Part shown: piece by piece, positions 23,001-31,737 of the stretch
Position numbering within the stretch: the first letter of the stretch is position 1
How the letters are laid out: every line of letters starts with the position of its first letter
Assembly: GCF_000142905.1 (NCBI RefSeq)
Contig: NW_013657676.1
Span: 124,426-188,000 of the forward strand
Length of the DNA: 63,575 bases
Direction: 5' to 3'
Source: Thecamonas trahens ATCC 50062
Lineage: Eukaryota > Protista > Apusomonadida
Notes under the pieces: generated by a model
What the model was told of the DNA's origin: nothing
The model's input: the letters and a program-made list of their open reading frames with translations, nothing else
Databases searched by the model: none
Program-made: the position numbers and the translations under genes

Positions 23001-23272
23001 CTGCGCCCGAGGAGAACGCGTACGTTGCACGGCTGCGGCGGTTGCAGTCCAAGTTCAACATCGAGCCCAAGACCCAGCTCGTCGCGGTGAAGGCCAAGCC
23101 TGTGGCGGCGGCACCAGCTGCGGTCGGGCCGGACGCCAAGGAGAATGTCGCTGTGGCGGCAGGCCGGGCCGAGGCCGAACCGGCGGCCAAGAAGGCGTCG
23201 TCGGAAGAGGCTGCGGCCAAGCTCGACTCGCTCAAGTCGCGCCTGCAGCGGCTGAAGGCGCTGCGCGGGTGA
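17051..23272 (+). CDS. CKAP5: XMAP215/ch-TOG/Dis1 microtubule polymerase
   Basis: Tandem TOG domains with KWSTRRDA, KWKDRKDA, GWKERKAG and SWKTRKEA loops, a fifth TOG (..SKNWRLRVE), HEAT repeats and a basic linker. Confidence 0.93.
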   Translation: MAASDLESSLSASKWSTRRDAYAELAKAFEAAADDSDPVYSQFAPALVKAVADSNEMARKEGVNAAAAFFRTAGLAVARGYAADITAGIVSTAFKSKRCVEPAKSALLDALTAGPEVLEAVVEIVLTKGFTHKTPKVVEAAVIAVKDAVLAFGRVTFAIGDILKAVAPLFSHAARPVRKEALELAASLKRVVGPAIQRVLNNSLRQAQLDEVEAFLAERPAAAPAPCMFFRGQEPPPAALAPAAAAVSATAGAAPIGAASAPVPATAVTPTPVVLEEAVDIMAAFPADPVAPLDAPKWKDRKDALEGYIKILEGAGRYDESGHYGPLLEKCASLVAADKNVFVVAKAANVIELVAAGLATTPNAIRCYATGLLRPLLARSKEKKASVRAALDGALATLAGSLTIEETVLEILVESAGDKNPNVGMAVAKTIAAGMSRGASLPPPSLKPTLEALRGLTEARDSAVRDTANAAVAAIVLALPDRATRGFLDSLKPARKDAILALNAAASAPAPAPAPAPAAAAAPAVRARPAAAAASSTAVPAAAPRVAAAPAAAPVVAPYEVVSVEMSNPLPPELAIARAEGLVPGAILTQLAAKGWKERKAGMEALRGFVEGLGSPIDGETGEALVRLMAKNPSFSDSNFQVVTAMANLVGYIATECLAFNKSAGSAVVAGLTSKLGDRKLTKPAEDALLNLAEALSLDFVFALMHKAMPSLKSPKIQEAALVWMAAAVTEFGGARTIRVKDTVAFIKSMLKSSNAKVRAAAVALIGSLAPTAGKSIGLMFADVKPSLQASIADSVATGVATTAPLPVRFYRREPPPVPMPSAAPAAVAVGGGAACAAAAGDSARASSPPVLAAVPGVLGEAPVEDEYMPRVDIASKIKESVLKAMGDKSWKTRKEAMETVAKEVKASGSHIVANVDSIMGALKGRFADANKNLTIVAADLMAELFAAMGRNGGKYARLGTACAAKLFADKKTTVRAAAGRLLAAIVEVAGIEECLPVLSGALADANMTAALESASFLVQYLPALEHPSVDAWPLAPGLVKACLARDPKVRKHTEAMLATMVPRYSFGKFKGLTEKLKKADKISVMAMLTPFQGVKPSSSAPASAPPPAKAAAPASSHGHKKSTKAPKRAKSRKPGTRKKSMKRPATSAGAKASGASGSKANSALFVGTAGRMASRAKKNRSRKWVVANRSVPELVERLQEESMDAVAPALLDLWLASDFNSHNKAFALMEGALANEFEALMANLDLALRWVSLRLGNSNTSVTLKALSFVEALFGKLETIGKRLDEFSASVFLPSLVEMLGDSKDPIRATTRGLFRTLRHIYPASRIFALVFAGTKSKNWRLRVEAIDELGRLISANGLDVCNVSKVFPALGARLAESDANVREAAISVFMATYAMVGDKLFAMLGKKLPRASTELLKERIKHSGVAAPEPEVVEAEPVLVKAKPSVAPAVAPAVEPAVAPVVAHADAPAAEPVTKPEAEATTAVTTQAEVAAEAEQSIVAKVEAELKKGTEAGAVAAVEALLDALENSVDVIEPHIDVIVANLVLQLHFAIQPLQVRHAKHVLHGLMQVFSKSSLVLRLSSATLQQVLHELVVRLIDEPLKASEEGKSIHLGLNMLMLNVMSSCARTPVVVLLLGALEANLFRTAAGSYAPDAYVELVCKSLLRQARSLKGVDWAEVTGAMARLFTTHPRSKWDDTEAAAPLKVLKIIVMELVRERGADAAREYVHNGSTLAGADFVLELIESIAMASSSAAPTPVVETPQAAAPALTPAPAAVPAATASATSPVLASRGQVASSKKKSSSGSRLRKSFKKSLKKKSLKRPSTSRKKSTKSGLREPKARSSIKKPARSVRAEPQTPTSPKASRKRNSFGSTTPEARRSLLSIVKKLSGDDAETREAFRQLADFQVKYADFDLEPFLATKSETFRAFVANGLAQVELERKNPEVAAAAVAAAAAPAAVPAPVAPRANVSAEAKAAPGDAAPAAAPEENAYVARLRRLQSKFNIEPKTQLVAVKAKPVAAAPAAVGPDAKENVAVAAGRAEAEPAAKKASSEEAAAKLDSLKSRLQRLKALRG

Positions 23273-23362
23273 TCAAGTGAACACAAATTGTAATCTGGAT
23301 GGCTAGCGCGCCCACCTAACTCATAGAGTGTGCTGTTCACTTTCGATGCGCGCAACTACGGG

Positions 23363-24594
23363 TTAGTCAAAGGGTGAGTCTGACACGGTGGTACCGTAGC
23401 CGCCGGCGCGCGGCTTGGATGCTGGTGGACGCGAGGCGGCAAACGGGTTGTCGTCGGGCACCGACGAGTAGCCGGGATCTGCTGCAGAGCTGTTGATGCC
23501 TGCGGGCGGGGCCATCGAGTCTGAGGTGTGCGGGACGTAGCCGCCGCTGCCGCTGCGGTGCGAGCCGCGGGCGAGCATGCCCCAATGGAGGGCGATGAGG
23601 ACCGAGGAGAAGAGCTGGAAGAACGAGCCCATGATCGAGGTGACGTAGTACACTCCCTTTGAGCCCATGGAGCACCGCTCATTGCCGGCGACCAGGGTGG
23701 CAAAGACGACCCAGGCGAGAAAGGAGAAGACCCAAGCACCGACCGAGAACAGAAGCGCATACTTGGAGACCTTCTTGGAGCTCTGATAGCAGCCTGCAAT
23801 GGCCGATGCCGCCAGCAGCGACAAGCCCGCAAACAGCATCGAGATGACATACAGGATCATCGCAAACATGCCCGAGACATTCAGCCGGCTGAGACAGGGG
23901 AACGACTCGAACGAGGTCTTGTGCAGGTTGGCATTCGAGTCACTGATATGGAGAGCAAGTGAGTGGGGGGGGGGGTTGAGGGGGGTTGAGGGGGAGGGCG
24001 GGGAGGGCGGGGGGGGGCTGGCGTACCATGCGCCGCGGTAGCACGACTTGGCCAGACCGGCGTGGAGGAACTGGCCGTCGGGGAAGGAGAACTTGAGCCA
24101 GTCGGAGCCCATGAGGCCAAGTACTGCAGTGGGGGGGGGGGGGGTNNNNNNNNNNNNNNNNNNNNNNNNNNNNNNNNNNNNNNNNNNNNNNNNNNNNNNN
24201 NNNNNNNNNNNNNNNNNNNNNNNNNNNNNNNNNNNNNNNNNNNNNNNNNNNNNNNNNNNNNNNNNNNNNNNNNNNNNNNNNNNNNNNNNNNNNNNNNNNN
24301 NNNNNNNNNNNNNNNNNNNNNNNNNNNNNNNNNNNNNNNNNNNNNNNNNNNNNNNNNNNNNNNNNNNNNNNNNNNNNNNNNNNNNNNNNNNNNNNNNNNN
24401 NNNNNNNNNNNNNNNNNNNNNNNNNNNNNNNNNNNNNNNNNNNNNNNNNNNNNNNNNNNNNNNNNNNNNNNNNNNNNNNNNNNNNNNNNNNNNNAGCAGA
24501 AAGGGGGCGTACGAATGAAGAAGAAGCCAACGATACCGGTGAGGATGCCAATGAACAGGTTCCGGACCGGAGGGTCGGGCTCGTTGGCCATCAT
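23363..24594 (-). CDS. Claudin/PMP22-like four-TM membrane protein (intron 23943-24026; another intron spans the gap)
   Basis: TM1 followed by W..GLAKSC...C..C in the first loop, three more hydrophobic segments and a Pro/Tyr-rich tail. Confidence 0.6.
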
Positions 24595-24839
24595 CGTTGA
24601 GCCGGGGTGAAGGCGTGCAGGTGTGGGCCCGAGTGGCGTGTGCGAGTGGGCAGCGATGTGGTGGGCAGTGGGCGACGGCCGGTGGGCGGCGGTGGGCAGC
24701 GGGGAACGGGCGTGGCGGGGGCTGGTGGTGCCCCCTCTTCCCCTGACCCGACCACGGCCACAACCACCTCACCGGCCGACCCCACGCCTCACCCGTCCCC
24801 CCCCCCCTCTTCCATCCGTACCATACGCCAAAGACACGC

Positions 24840-24935
24840 ACACACACAGACACACACAGACACACACACACACACACACACATACACACATACACGCTCA
24901 CACACGCGCACACACACACACACATACACACACAC
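24840..24935. repeat. (CA)n microsatellite
   Basis: Imperfect CA dinucleotide run. Confidence 0.9.
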
Positions 24936-24938
24936 GCC

Positions 24939-26324
24939 ATGGCGGTAAACTTTGCCAACGACCTCCTGGTACGTGACCCCCCCCTTGTCGACCCTCCCTC
25001 CTCCCCAGCACACATACAGACTCACCCTCCATACACATGATGCCCTTGATGGTGGGGTGTGGGTGTGGGTGTGGGTGTGGGTGGGTGCGCACAGGACCAG
25101 TTCCAGCCGCTGGCAGCCCATGCCGAGGCCGTCCACGAGCTGACCTCGCGGGCGGCGGCGTTTCTGCGGAAGAGGGCAGCCATCGAGGAGGAGTACGCCC
25201 GCAAGCTGCTGAAGCTGGCAGAGGCCGAGAGCAAGAAGATCGCAGACTCGGTCCTGGGCGTTCCGCTCAAGACAGTCAAGGTCTTTGACGTCATGGTCCA
25301 GGACACGCGCCGCCAGGCTGTCCAGGCCGAGTCGCTGGCTGGCCGCCTCGTCTCGCAGGTCGCCAAGCCGCTCTCCAACCTCAAGAAGAAGCTCAAGGCC
25401 TCGCGTGTCGTGGTGGTGGCAGACACTGCTGCAGAGCGGAAGCGCACGGAGGACATCGGGAGTCAAATGATGAAGGAGCGTGATCGGTACCACGAGGCCT
25501 GCCGCCTGGCATTTACCGACATGTCCACCTACCGCAAGTCGGCGTCGGATCCCAACATCAAGCCGTCAGCCTCGATGAAGCAGGGCGACCGCATGAAAAA
25601 GTCCAAGGACGCGGCCCGCAAGCAGGAGATGGAGTACCGTGACGCGCTTGCCAGGTTCAACGATGTCCAGCGCCGGTTCTGGGTCGACACCCTCCCGTTT
25701 GCGCTCGAGCAGATGCAGCTGCTCGAGGAGGAGCGCATCAACGAGACTGACTCGATCTACGACAAGTACCTGGATCTTGTCGCCGAGGCCCGAGACTCGC
25801 TCACCGTCCACCACGAGGCAGTTGCCGCCGTCCACACTCCAAATCCGCCGCCGGCCCACTCCGAGCTGGAGGACATTGCCTGCCGACTGGCCACCGGCAA
25901 CTCGCGCCCGTCGGACATTGAGTTTTGCGAGGGTGTCAACTACCAGGACCGTGACCCGTCGGCGGCAGCGTCGCCGAGCAGACTCCGCGGGGCCACCGTG
26001 TCGTCGTCGTCGGAACCGGGCTCGGGCGGCTCGGCCGCCGCCGCCGCCGCTGCCGCAGGAGCTGTTGTCGTTGGCGGCGGCCTTGCTGTCGCCGTCGCCG
26101 CAGGCGGGACCCAGACCCGATCCACGCGTGCGCTTACCGCCACCGGTGTCAGCTCGGCTCCCCAGGGCTCGGCACGCAACACACCGCGCTCACTCACCCT
26201 CGACCAGTACATCGCCTCCTGCCGCGACGACCTGGGCTCTGACGAGCTCGCCCGCCGCTCCGGCGACATCTCAACCAAGCTGGCGCTGTTTGCCATGCTG
26301 CACGAGTTGTGGAGACCATCATAA
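24939..26324 (+). CDS. F-BAR (FCH) domain protein (intron 24969-25094)
   Basis: Spliced start MAVNFANDLL|DQFQPL; FLRKRAAIEEEYARKLLKLA, Y...L...N and QLLEEERI are F-BAR hallmarks. Confidence 0.85.
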
Positions 26325-26427
26325 ACCGTGAACCTGTTGTTGATACTGGCTGCTCGCTACCCCCTCCCCTGCATGATCCGGCTCCGGCCATGTCTCCGGC
26401 TCGGAGCACCTCTCTTGCCCCGCGGCC

Positions 26428-26963
26428 ATGTCGTCACCTCAAGCCGACTACTCGCACACAGCAGACAGCCCACGAAGGGCCCGAAGGCATCGCCGCAGCG
26501 AGCGCCGCATGTTGTTTTCGTCGCCGAGTGCTGTGCGAGGTACGTGTTATTGTTGTGCGTGGGTGTGGTGTGTGTGGGTGGGGGGGGGGGGGAAGGGGAG
26601 GAAGGGGTGGGTGCGCGCCAAGCGGCGGCGACGGACTCATGGTGATTGATGTGAACGCATGATGGACTGCGGGGCGCAACGACGCAACGACGCAACGACG
26701 CAACGACGCACCAATGTAACGACACAACTTTGTAACGAACGGGATGTGGTACGGGATGTGGTACGGGGGGGGGGAGGGGGGTAGGTCGTGGCGCAAGCGT
26801 CAAACCCAATGTCGAGCTTCTTAACGAGGAGCTGGCGGTCGAGACCGAGCTGGAGACCGCCACAGAGGCATCGTTTGTGGCGCTTGTTGACAGCCTCCGC
26901 AACGAAGCTGACGTGGTGGCTGCCGATGCGTGGCGATTCGAGCATGTCGCGCTCCCGTTCTGA
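26428..26963 (+). CDS. 96-aa APC16-like protein (exons 26428-26539 and 26785-26963)
   Basis: Phase-1 GTACGT...GTAG intron joins ..RRMLFSSPSAVRG|RGASV..LVDSLRNEADVVAADAWRFEHVALPF*; resembles APC16 RKALFTYP and LEADEWRF motifs as recalled. Confidence 0.5.
26676..26710. repeat. Short tandem repeat (GCAACGAC)x~4 inside an intron
   Basis: Direct tandem copies visible in the sequence. Confidence 0.8.
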
Positions 26964-27041
26964 TGCTGGCATGTCGTTGCCTTCTGTTTACCGGCACCGC
27001 GGCCACTTCACCTCGTCCCAACATCGATCACAGCAGCCAGA

Positions 27042-27577
27042 CTACGCCTTGGCCGCGCCCATGAGCTGCGAGAATTGCTCCAGCGAGAGCGAGCCGCCAG
27101 GCGCCACATCGATGTCCTTGATCAGCTCGCCAAACTCCTTGTCGGACAGCGGCTGGCCAAAGGCCGCCAGCAGCTCGCGCAGCCGATCCAGCGGCAGGCC
27201 GTCAGCATCTCCCTTGAACACTACGCCGCCGCCCATCGCCGCACCCATACCCAAGCAAATACGCGTGAGTCGCCCCATCATCACCTCCCGCGTCCCCCTC
27301 CTCCCTCTCCCCTCGGCCCGGCCGTACCTCCGTATGCGTCGCGCAGCATGTCCTCGGGCTCCTTATCGGCCAGAGCATCACCCATCATGCCCATGAACGA
27401 GTCAAAGTCGATGGCGTCTGCCTCTGCCGAGCCTGTGGCCTCTGCCACCATGAGCGAGAGCTCCTCGTCGGTGGCACTCTGTCCCAGCTTGTCCAGCATG
27501 CCCGCCACCTCGTCCTTGCTCACCCGCCCGTCCCCGTCGGTATCCACCAGCCGGAACGTTGTTCGGAACTGCGCCAT
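27042..27577 (-). CDS. Calmodulin-like/myosin light chain-like EF-hand protein (intron 27221-27327; may have an upstream exon)
   Basis: FRLVDTDGDGRVSKDE EF-hand, LGQSATDEEL, IDFDSF, second lobe ..GQPLSDKEF..IDVAPGGSLSLEQF. Confidence 0.8.
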
Positions 27578-27893
27578 GCTCTTTGCCTCCTGCTCTCCAC
27601 GAGTTGAGTGCTCTGTCTTTGTCCCCGTCCCCCTCCCCGGCCCCCTCCCGGCCCGTACGTCCTTCGCGGGAACATGCCATGCCACTCGCCCCTTTACACA
27701 CTCCCAGACGACCAATGGGCACACACCGGCCGCAGCCGTGCGATTCCACCGATACACATGGATGACACTTCCATCGCACTGATATCGGCACGCACGGGTC
27801 GACATCCTTACAGACTGCCTACCCCTACCCCCCCCTCCCCTAGCTGCAGCAGCTGAGCCCTCTCCCTCGCCCTTCAACACACCACTTCACATC

Positions 27894-28481
27894 ATGCTGC
27901 GCATCGCTGGACAGCGCGTGGCTGGCCAAGCGACCACGGCGGCTTCTGCTTGGGTGGCTCGTACATGTAGGGCGAGTGGAGGCAGTGGAGGCGTACGGGC
28001 GAGCTCGAGCTCGAGCGAGAGTGAGAGCGGGCGCGATGTCAAACCCAAGACGGTGCTGGTGACCACTCGCGAGGGCATCAAGGGCCGGGTCATCGAGGAG
28101 GAACTGGGCATTGTGTGCGCAACCGCGACCAAGACCCGCTCGTTTGTGGTCGATCTGGCTGCCAAGTTCCGCGGCCTCTTTGGTGGTGAGATCAAGGGCT
28201 ACTCGTGGCTGATCAACGACGCCACCCAGGAGGCCATGCTCCGCCTCCGCATTGCTGCCGTCGACATGTCCGCCACTTCGGTTCGCAATGTTCGCATTGA
28301 GGTGGCCACCACCGCTGATCGGCCCTTTGGCCTCTACGCCTCGGTCTCGGTCTACGGCACTGCCGTCCGATGCGAGTCGGCCGACCGATCGCCTACCTCG
28401 CGGATCCTCGCCCAGGGCGAGCGCAACATCGTCCACCTTGACAAGGGTAGCGAGCCCGACTTTGCCGTCTCTTCATCCTGA
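27894..28481 (+). CDS. YbjQ/UPF0145 family protein with probable mitochondrial presequence
   Basis: LVTTREGIKGRVIEEELGIV..RGLFGGEIKGY..EAMLRL..YGTAV; Arg/Ala/Ser-rich N-terminus. Confidence 0.85.
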   Translation: MLRIAGQRVAGQATTAASAWVARTCRASGGSGGVRASSSSSESESGRDVKPKTVLVTTREGIKGRVIEEELGIVCATATKTRSFVVDLAAKFRGLFGGEIKGYSWLINDATQEAMLRLRIAAVDMSATSVRNVRIEVATTADRPFGLYASVSVYGTAVRCESADRSPTSRILAQGERNIVHLDKGSEPDFAVSSS

Positions 28482-28734
28482 TCATACTGCCGTGCTCGTA
28501 CGGGTCGGTGGCCAATAGCCTCCCGCCGCACACCCTCGGACCCTCGCACCCCCCGCACCACCCCACCAGACCACATCCACACCCACAACCCCTTCAACAC
28601 GCCACTTCTCTCAATACATCCTCCCCCACCCCACCCCACCCCACCCACACAACCCTCGCACCCCCCCCCCCCCCACTCCCTCCCCCCCCCTCTTTCACAT
28701 CCCTCGTGACTTGTGATACTCTAGTCCTTCACGA

Positions 28735-29119
28735 ATGGTACGCCCCAATTTGACGACTTTTCCCTGCGATCAGGCCAACCTCCCCAGCCCCTGATCACAC
28801 GCACCCTCACCTACGCCCCCCCTCCCACCTCCTCCACACCCAGGTCTGAGTCTCGTGCTACATGGCGGCCTTTGCCGTCGTAGCCCAGATTGTGCATGCT
28901 GTCTTCCGCTGGATCACCGGCCAGACAAAACCCTCCAAGGACACATCGTCGCTGCAGGACGTCACCATGTCGTGTCCCTTTGGTGGCACGGCCTCGTTAT
29001 CGCCGCCGAGCTCCCCAAAGTCAGCGTCCTTCCCCTCTGCCCCGCCGTCTGCGGCTGCATCGTGTCCGGTCTCAGGCGCTACTGTCCCAGCCACCGTTGC
29101 TCCGGTTGCCCCGTCATAG
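28735..29119 (+). CDS. Candidate selenoprotein, C18orf32/UPF0729-like (MVUVSCY..., 92 aa; intron 28738-28843; UGA at 28847-28849)
   Basis: ATG|GTACGC...CCCAG|GTC TGA GTC TCG TGC TAC ATG is in frame with the 28862-29119 ORF; UxxC, hydrophobic helix, CPF motif; SECIS-like element downstream. Confidence 0.72.
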
Positions 29120-29176
29120 CATCGGGCCACGCCTCGTCGCGCTCCTTATCAACTGGCTCTCGCTCAAACCCCAAGT

Positions 29177-29268
29177 GTGTTATCCATGACGCGGTCCGCG
29201 CTCAAGTCTGCCCCTCTGATCCAAGGGTGGGACGCGTGCTCCGCCGAGCCCCTCTCTGCTGCTGACAC
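29177..29268 (+). promoter_or_regulatory. SECIS element (type II-like)
   Basis: ATGAC 29186-90 / CGAG 29245-48 core; GCGG..CGCG pairs with CGCG..CCGC; AA at 29204-05 after a 13-nt arm; apical mini-helix; lower helix GTGTTA/TGACAC. Confidence 0.68.
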
Positions 29269-29386
29269 CGCCAGGCATTCCTTGCATGCCTGCCTGAGCG
29301 GTCGCGCAGAGCTTCCAACACACAGCCACCGTCGAGATAGCCCGGTCCTCTGCGCAATGAACATACCAGAGGCTTCGACGCCGTCC

Positions 29387-29806
29387 TCACCCGCCGCCGG
29401 CTCCGCGCTTGGCCGCCAGCTGGGCCTCTAACTGCGCAAACGCGCTCATGGACGCCACTTGCTGCGCATCCACTGCGTCTGCCTCGGCACCTGTGGAACG
29501 GTCGCTGCCGTCGAGCGCGTCACTCGCCTTGGCCGCCGCCGCGCTCTCGGCCCGCGCCGCCATCTCCACCTGGTACTCGTTGAGCTCCTTAAAGTACTCG
29601 ATCCACACACAGTCGACGCATCCCGAGCCGCAGCAGTTGAGCGGCTCGCTCGGCGGGAGGAGGACATCGACATCATGCCCGCCGTCGCCGCCGTCACCAC
29701 CGTCGCCACCGCCGGCAACGCCGCTCCCCGACACCGCCCGCATCGCCGACCACTTCACGCCGCGTGCTGCCTGGACGAGCCTCCGCCCCACGCCGACTCG
29801 CAGCAT
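29387..29806 (-). CDS. OXLD1: Oxidoreductase-like domain protein (OXLD1-like), probably mitochondrial
   Basis: PPSEPLNCCGSGCVDCVWIEY motif; C-terminal SAFAQLEAQL; Arg-rich presequence. Confidence 0.82.
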   Translation of the reverse strand: MLRVGVGRRLVQAARGVKWSAMRAVSGSGVAGGGDGGDGGDGGHDVDVLLPPSEPLNCCGSGCVDCVWIEYFKELNEYQVEMAARAESAAAAKASDALDGSDRSTGAEADAVDAQQVASMSAFAQLEAQLAAKRGAGGG

Positions 29807-29873
29807 CGTGACCCAAGCCGCAACCGGTCTCCGCCCGTAACGAGCTGTGAGAGAAGTGGCCGTGGGCGGCGGT

Positions 29874-31676
29874 ATGCGATCGCCTACGCCCTGGCTCCGC
29901 CTCGGACCCTCGGCCGCTGCCGCCCTCCGCACCGCGCCGCAAGCCGCGCCGGCCCCTCACGCCGACGCCCACTTTGTGGTCACAGCACCCACACCTGTCG
30001 AGGCCCCGCGCCTTGCCGCACTCTCGCTTCCGGCCTGGCGCGCTGCGGGCGTCGAGCTGCCCGACGATCCGGCGTCGTCACCCGACGTCGTCGACGTTCT
30101 CGCCGGCAACTCACTCCCGCCTGGCGCCAGCCCGGTCGCTCACGTCTATGCCGGCCATCAGTTTGGATCATTCTCTGGCCAACTTGGCGATGGCGCTGCC
30201 ATGCTCCTCGGCACCATTGCCGGTGACGAGAGGCCCCCGATGGAACTGCAGCTCAAGGGCGCCGGCCTCACCCCGTGCTCACGGTCGGGAGACGGGCGCA
30301 AGGTTCTGCGGTCGTCGCTCCGCGAGATGGTCGCGTCCGAGGCCATGGCCGCCCTTTGCGTGCCCACCACTCGTTCGGGCTCGCTTGTTATCTCTGACAC
30401 GACTGTAGTCCGCGACATCAACTACGACGGACGCCCCGCAGCCGAGCCAGCCGCGGTCATCACCCGACTGGCGCCGTCGTTCTTCCGCTTTGGCTCGTTT
30501 GAGCTCTGCCTCCCGCCTGATCCGCGCACCCTCCGCAGTGGGCCATCGCATCGCTCGCCGCACATTCTCACCGAGCTCTTCGACTATGTGGTCGAAACCC
30601 ACTTTGCCGAGTTGGCGGTGCATGAGACCTCCCGCGCCGCCCGAGTCGCCGCCTGGCTCGACCACGTCGCCGCATCAACCGGTGCGCTCGTCGCCCACTG
30701 GCAGGCACTCGGCTTTTGCCACGGCGTCCTCAACACTGACAACATGTCCATCCACGGCATTACCCTCGACTATGGCCCGTTTGCCTTTATGGGCGCCTAC
30801 GATCCCGAGTATGCCTGCAACGCGTCGGATCCCACCGGGCGCTACTCCTACGCCGCCCAGCCTGAGGTCTGCGCCTGGAACTGCATCCGCCTCGCCAACG
30901 CCCTCGATCCGCTGCTCCCCGCCGACAACGGCGAGGATATTGTAAGCAATGCTTTCGAGTCCGCGTACAGCGAGACGCTCGCCTCGCTTGCCCGCCGCAA
31001 ACTCGGCCTCGCGCCGACCGCGCCGCAGCAGGTCGCCCTGGATGCCTTTGAGTCCCTTCGCGCCACCATGGCAGCCACCGCCGCCGACTACACTGCCACT
31101 TTCCGCGCACTTGGTGCCACGTACCGTGCTCCCAACGAGCTAGCGGCGCACCTGGCGGAAACAACCTGTGCCTCCCGCGAGTTTCTTCTCGACCGCGACG
31201 CGCCGACCGTGCCGTCGCACCAGCTCGATGCCCTCCTCGCCTTGCCCAACGTCCAGCTTCCGCCGGGGCTGCTCAACGCCGAGCTCCGCAAGCGTGAGCG
31301 GCGCAAACTCTACGCCGAAGCCTACGCCACTGACGACGACAAAGCCAAGAACGATGAAAGGGTCTGGTACGACTTCCTTACCAACACGCTCGCGCCGCTG
31401 GTGGCGGAGCACGGGCTGGGCGATCCGGCCGCCCGAATGCTCGCCATGAACGCTGCCAATCCGTGGATTGTCCCGCACAACTGGATGCTTGAGGCCGCCA
31501 TCCGTGCTCTCGAGGATAACTCGGACACAGCCCCGCTCGAAGCACTCCTCGGCCTCGACTACTTTGTCGAGAGCGACGAGCACCGCCAAGCGTGCGTCGC
31601 TAGCCTCGGCCTCGCCGACTCGGGCCGGCTGCGCCACCTCGACACAGTCCCGCCGCGGCTCTCATGATCCTCGTAG
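29874..31676 (+). CDS. SELENOO: Selenoprotein O (protein AMPylase) with Sec at UGA 31665-31667 (..RLSUSS*)
   Basis: YAGHQFG..GQLGDGAA, ELQLKGAG.TP.SR.GDGRKVLRSS.RE, GFCHGVLNTDNMSI; TGA TCC TCG TAG gives the conserved U-S-S-stop end. Confidence 0.93.
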
Positions 31677-31737
31677 ATCGATGTCTTTCTCGTCTTTTAA
31701 GCATGCGGCTGATGCCAGCTGAGCTTACGCCTTGCTT

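Noticed and set aside
26309-26662. Possible frameshifted continuation of the F-BAR gene
   Set aside because: That frame does not splice in phase to the protein-like downstream exon; the 26428 frame does, and it has upstream stops, so a separate gene fits better
26676-26765. Short direct repeats as a CRISPR-like array
   Set aside because: 8-12 nt tandem units with no spacers, inside a eukaryotic intron
28862-29119. Stand-alone 85-aa ORF with CP haem-regulatory motifs and an M-V-stop uORF
   Set aside because: Still possible, but the in-frame UxxC, the family-like N-terminus and the downstream SECIS are better explained by Sec readthrough
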